From: Eledone cirrhosa
Taxonomy: Eukaryota
Direction: 5' to 3'
DNA: 64,000 nt
Assembly: GCA_964016885.1 (NCBI GenBank)
Contig: OZ024740.1
Span: 337,032,001-337,096,000 of the forward strand
In this document: positions 59,682 through 64,000 of the stretch, in pieces
How the letters are laid out: the number at the start of each line of letters is the position of its first letter
Numbering within the stretch: the stretch's first letter is position 1
Program-made: the position numbers and the translations under genes
Notes under the pieces: model-generated
The model's database searches: none
What the model saw: only the letters and a program-made list of their open reading frames with translations
What the model was told of the DNA's origin: nothing

Positions 59682-59984
59682 CACACACACACACACATAT
59701 ATATATATATGTATGTGTATATACATGTATATGTATATATATATATACATACATCGTTTCAAAACATCCCACCTAACTCATGTCAGAATGGGGAAAAAGA
59801 AGTAAAAACAATAAATTCCTTTAAATTCTTTATTATTTTCAAACTTAATTGCATAATCATAAACAGCTTGTTATATTAAAAACATGTTAACAAAAGAATT
59901 AAGGAGGATGGAAAGGACAATGCCAGGGTTGCTGGTCTTGTTGGTTTAAAGTGAGTGGAGATGTTTTTGCACTTGGCATAATGT

Positions 59985-60390
59985 ATAAAAATAATAATGA
60001 AAATTATTGTGTACAGTGCTCAGGTGCACTACAACTCATCAAAGGTGCATGTATAGTACATAGAATAATGTACAAATGTCAGGAAAGTGAACAGTGTATG
60101 AATCATGATATACACACAGACACACACACACATGCGTGTGTGTGTGTCTGGAGGGGGAATATCAGGTGTAGTGTTGGCAGATTTCAGGAAGCATGGAAGT
60201 TTTGAAGGATGCAGTGTCTCGACAGCTAACAACTGATGCAGGTAGTTTGTTCCATGCTTCAGCACCTCTGAGTGTGAAAAAATGTTTCCAAAAGTCTTGG
60301 TAGCTGTGATGTTTTCTGATTTTGTAAGCATGTCCACAGGTGTTAGACATATGGAATTCAAAAAGGGGCTTAGGGTTGTTGGAAAGATGT
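59985..60390 (-). mobile_element. CR1-type LINE 3' end (ORF2 C-terminus plus 3' UTR)
   Basis: SNTCGHAYKIRKHH..DFWKHFFTLRGAEAWNKLPASVVS..TASFK resembles the CR1 TRGH..R..FF..RV..WN.LP..VV..S...FK motif; (ATT)-rich tail. Confidence 0.85.
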
Positions 60391-60483
60391 AAAAAAATAA
60401 GTAACGCTTCACAAATTTGCGTGTCATCCTTCTGCAGGGGCCATGCTAATTTTTTCTGTATTGTTCCAATTTTAGTATATGTG
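60391..60483 (-). pseudogene. U6: U6 snRNA retrocopy (5'-truncated by about 16 nt, ACAGAGA box mutated)
   Basis: Minus strand reads CACATATACTAAAATTGGAACAATACAGAAAAAATTAGCATGGCCCCTGCAGAAGGATGACACGCAAATTTGTGAAGCGTTACTTATTTTTTT, which follows the canonical U6 sequence from about nt 17 to the U-tail. Confidence 0.93.
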
Positions 60484-62689
60484 TAGATGGTGATGAGCCT
60501 GGTGGAGAGAGATAATTTTGAAAGAGATTTGTCTTGTGTGTGTAGTGTGGAATCAAATGCCAAATGATCAACAGATGTAGAGAATTTCTACATCGAAGTA
60601 CGGTCTACAAAGAAGTCATGGTTTACAGATATAGCTTATCTAGGACTACACATTATGAAATGTGTCCTTCCTTTTTTAAAACTGGCTGAGTGTGATTTGA
60701 CTGCTACTTCTAACAAACCAGGAAACCATGTAGAGGCGTCTTTACCTCAATTTTATGTCAATTGTTGCCATATGTAATTTGATGCATGTTTGTGGTTAAT
60801 AGGTTTGCCTTGCAGCCACATGGTTTTCAGGCTCAATCCCTACATGTGACATCTTGTGCAAATATCTTCCACTATTGCCTTTTCAATGCTTTTCTAATTA
60901 ACTACAATCTTATGAGACTATACCTTACAGTATAACAGTGTGTGTATATGTGTGTGTGTGGTGTATATGTGTATGTATGTATGTGTGTGTGTGTGTGCGT
61001 ACATATGAACACCATTTAATCCTCTTGGCTCTGTGGTTGACAGAAGTCGCCGATAGAGTAATCTCCCCTTAATACATAATACAGTATAAAGGGAAGCAAT
61101 TCATAAAAAAAATTCAGTATCCTAAAGGGTTAAAGCAATTTGTGATGCTTGCTTATTATCTTACATAAAAAATACATCCCATAGCTGGTTCAAGGAAGGC
61201 AAGTGGTATAAACCATACTTAAAAAATAAAGTATGGATTAACATAAGGAAAAGCATCTGGCTGTAGAAAACATGTAAAATCCTCATTATGATCATCACAC
61301 CATCATCATCATCATCATCATCACCATCATCACTTTACATCTGCTTTCGATGCTAACATAAGGTTGTACGTGTTGCCATTGTCTGAAACAAGGCCTGTTG
61401 GGACCACATCTTGCTCATACATTCCATTTTTGACATTATTTATACATTTGAAAGCCCTTCCTAATGCCAACCACTTTACAGAAACCTCAGAGGACATATA
61501 AATGATGATGATGATAATGATGGTGATAATAATGGAGATTAAGTTACCATATCCCTATTGGAATGTTGTGTCGGTGTGTTAGTAAATACAACTGTGAGAA
61601 GGTGTAGGACTTAGTAATTAAAGGGATCAGGTTACAATGAGAAGAGCAAGTGTTCAATTCCTGGTGTCACATTGTGTCCTTGAGCAAGACATTTTATTTC
61701 ACATTGCTCCAGTTCATTCAGCTGGCAAAAGTGAGTTGCACATGTAATTCAAAGGGCCAACCTTGTTACTCACTGTGTTATGCTGAGTGTCTCTGAGACC
61801 TATATTGAGAGTTCACTTTTTTGTGGAATGCTCAGCCACTTGCACGTTAGTTTCTGAAGTAGGCTGTTTGTTCTGTTGTTCAAATAACATTACAAGTCCA
61901 TTACAAGTGTAATTGTGAAAATGGTGAAAGTTGATGTACAAGGGTTGGCTGACTATGAAGGAGTGATGCTAGAGATGTGGAATCTTGTATGCTTTAATTT
62001 CAACTTTTCTTATTAATAAGTGCATTGTTTCTTTTCAGGGACTACATTGAAATATATACTTCATTTGGTCATTCCTTGAGAATATCTTGGGCAGCCTATG
62101 AACTTTTCATCCATCCCTCGTATGATCCAGAGTATTCACTTAGCCCTAGATGTGTATCGTAACACCAGAATTTAGGACAAGATTAAACATTAGCAGATAC
62201 TATTTAGGTTAACTGAATTTACTACTCTCATCTGTAATATGTCAGCTGATTTGATGTGTTAATTATTTTCCTTGTGGAATAAATACAATGTTAGCAACCG
62301 TTTATTGTGAGTAATTACCATTCTTAAATATTGCTGGCTCTGCATCACTAGGAGAGGCCTTTCAGTTTAGTTCAATAGTCTGACACACGATTCACTATTT
62401 ATAGGATTGTGTTGTTGTTCTTGTTGTTTGTTTTTGTTGTGCTGGATGATGATGGTAGTTGAGGCATTGGTGGAAGTGGTGATGTTGATGGTAGCATTGG
62501 AAGTGCATGTGGTGATGGTGAAGGTGGTGGTAGTAGCTGAGATGGTGATGGTGGAGATGATAGTGACAATGCAATATTGTGGTGTTGGTGATGGTAATGA
62601 TGGTCAGAATAGTAATAGTGGTCGTACTGTATAATGACTTATAGTGTTCATTTCAATAGTAATTGTGATGCTAATAACAGTGATATTTA

Positions 62690-63023
62690 TGATGGTTTAG
62701 TGGTTAGAGCGTCAGGCTTACAATCGTGAGGTTGTGAGTTCAGGCTTTGCGTTGCTCCAGTTTACTCAGCTGTAGAAATGAGTTGCGACGTCACTGATGT
62801 CAAGCTGTATCGGCCATTGCTTTTTCTTTGGACAACATCAGTGACGTGGAGAAGGGAGGCTGGTATGCATGGGCGACTACTGGTCTTCCATAAACAACGT
62901 TGCCTGGACTTGTGCCTCGGAGGGGAACTTTCTAGGTGCAAATCCCATGGTCATTTGCTGAGTAAACTGGAGCAATGCAAAGCCTGAACTCACAACCTCA
63001 CGATTGTAAGCCTGACGCTCTAA
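62690..63023 (+). mobile_element. tRNA-headed SINE with an inverted copy of its own head
   Basis: 62704-62770 is inverted at 62957-63023 (67 bp, 1 mismatch). Confidence 0.75.
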
Positions 63024-63269
63024 TGGTCACCATTACTACCTGATGGTAGTAATGGTAATAATGATGATGATGATATCAATATTCCTACCTTTGAGCAAGT
63101 ACAGTTGTGTCTATTTAAGAAATCATCTTTACCAAAAGAAGGTGAAGATTATGTGAGTAACAAACTGCTTTACAGTATTTAACCCTTTTGGTACCAAACT
63201 ACCTGAAACTGACCTTTGTTCTACAATACAAAACTGTTATAAATTATTTATATTTATCTAAATATCTTT

Positions 63270-63447
63270 CACAGTATCGGTAGAGGGTCGGACGCCATGC
63301 TTTGCAGCAAAGAGTTACGGCCCTTTATGGTCTGAGTTCAAATCCCGCCGAGGTCAACTTTGCCTTTCATCCTTACGGGGTCGATAAAATAAAGTACCAG
63401 TAATGTACTGGGTAATTGCTGGCCTTGTGCCAAAAGTAGAAACAATT
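63270..63447 (+). mobile_element. tRNA-derived SINE with conserved core
   Basis: GAGTTCAAATCCCGCCGAGGTCAACTTTGCCTTTCATCCTTACGGGGTCGATAAAATAAAGTACCAG; related copies at 18912-19086(-), 1726-1950(-), 14245-14430(-), about 30170 and about 32995. Confidence 0.78.
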
Positions 63448-63932
63448 ATAATTTTACGTAAGAACCTGTGTTAAGTTATGTTTCAAACCTCAGCTTAAGA
63501 ATGAGATATCTGGCCATTTTACTAAATCCCCTTCAAATTCTTCATTATTTTCAAGAATATTTGAAAATCATAGGCAATGTCTTTTATTAGAAATATGGTA
63601 ATGACGATTAATTCCTGACTTCTTTTTAAGCACCATGGGACTCAATGAAATGAGCACCAGTAATATATTGAGGCTTATTCAGTCATCTGTAGTCCCTTTC
63701 CTCAAACACTGAGTTTTATGGTTACTGAGTTAAGTAACTTTTAAACTATTTATTGAAAATAATCTGCAGATGATCCAAATGCTTTCACAATCTTTGGTGA
63801 TCTTTTGTAGTCACACATGCACACATGGATGGACACACGCAAATATGCATGCACACACACACCACACGCAGAGACACACACACACACAAACATGTACACA
63901 CATGCACCCCTTACATGCAAGCATACACATAT

Positions 63933-63975
<43 letters not shown>

Positions 63976-64000
63976 CTTTATATAACTCAGTCATTATAAT

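Noticed and set aside
60391-60483. Functional U6 gene
   Set aside because: Lacks the 5' stem-loop, has ACAGAAA instead of ACAGAGA, and is fused to LINE sequence.
62039-62162. Strong acceptor followed by a 40-codon open frame (DYIEIYTSFGH...)
   Set aside because: No upstream exons or homology could be identified; RNA-seq would be needed.

Overview
This is AT-rich, microsatellite- and transposon-dense animal genomic DNA; the repeat complement suggests a coleoid cephalopod such as Octopus, which is an inference. Two spliced genes were reconstructed by hand and lie head to head. (1) ZCCHC8, the NEXT complex scaffold, is on the minus strand with 15 phase-consistent exons from the ATG at 21262 to the window edge. 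Two of its introns are U12 (minor spliceosome) GT-AG introns. (2) A four-exon F58A4.6/DUF4807-family gene of about 356 aa is on the plus strand (26362-41484). The rest is mostly mobile DNA: a near full-length decayed RTE LINE and many truncated copies with a PHD-like C4HC3 finger inside the RT, RTE-tailed SINEs, a Penelope-like GIY-YIG element, several hammerhead ribozyme motifs, CR1, CRE and Gypsy fragments, DD37D maT and mariner relics, hAT and piggyBac-type MITEs, and minisatellites. The most unusual items are a U6 snRNA copy fused directly to a CR1 LINE 3' end, modular exchange of RTE 5'/3' UTR parts between LINEs and SINEs, hammerheads with a CCGAYGA variant core, and local templated insertions and inversions. 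All coordinates were read by eye and no database searches were run.
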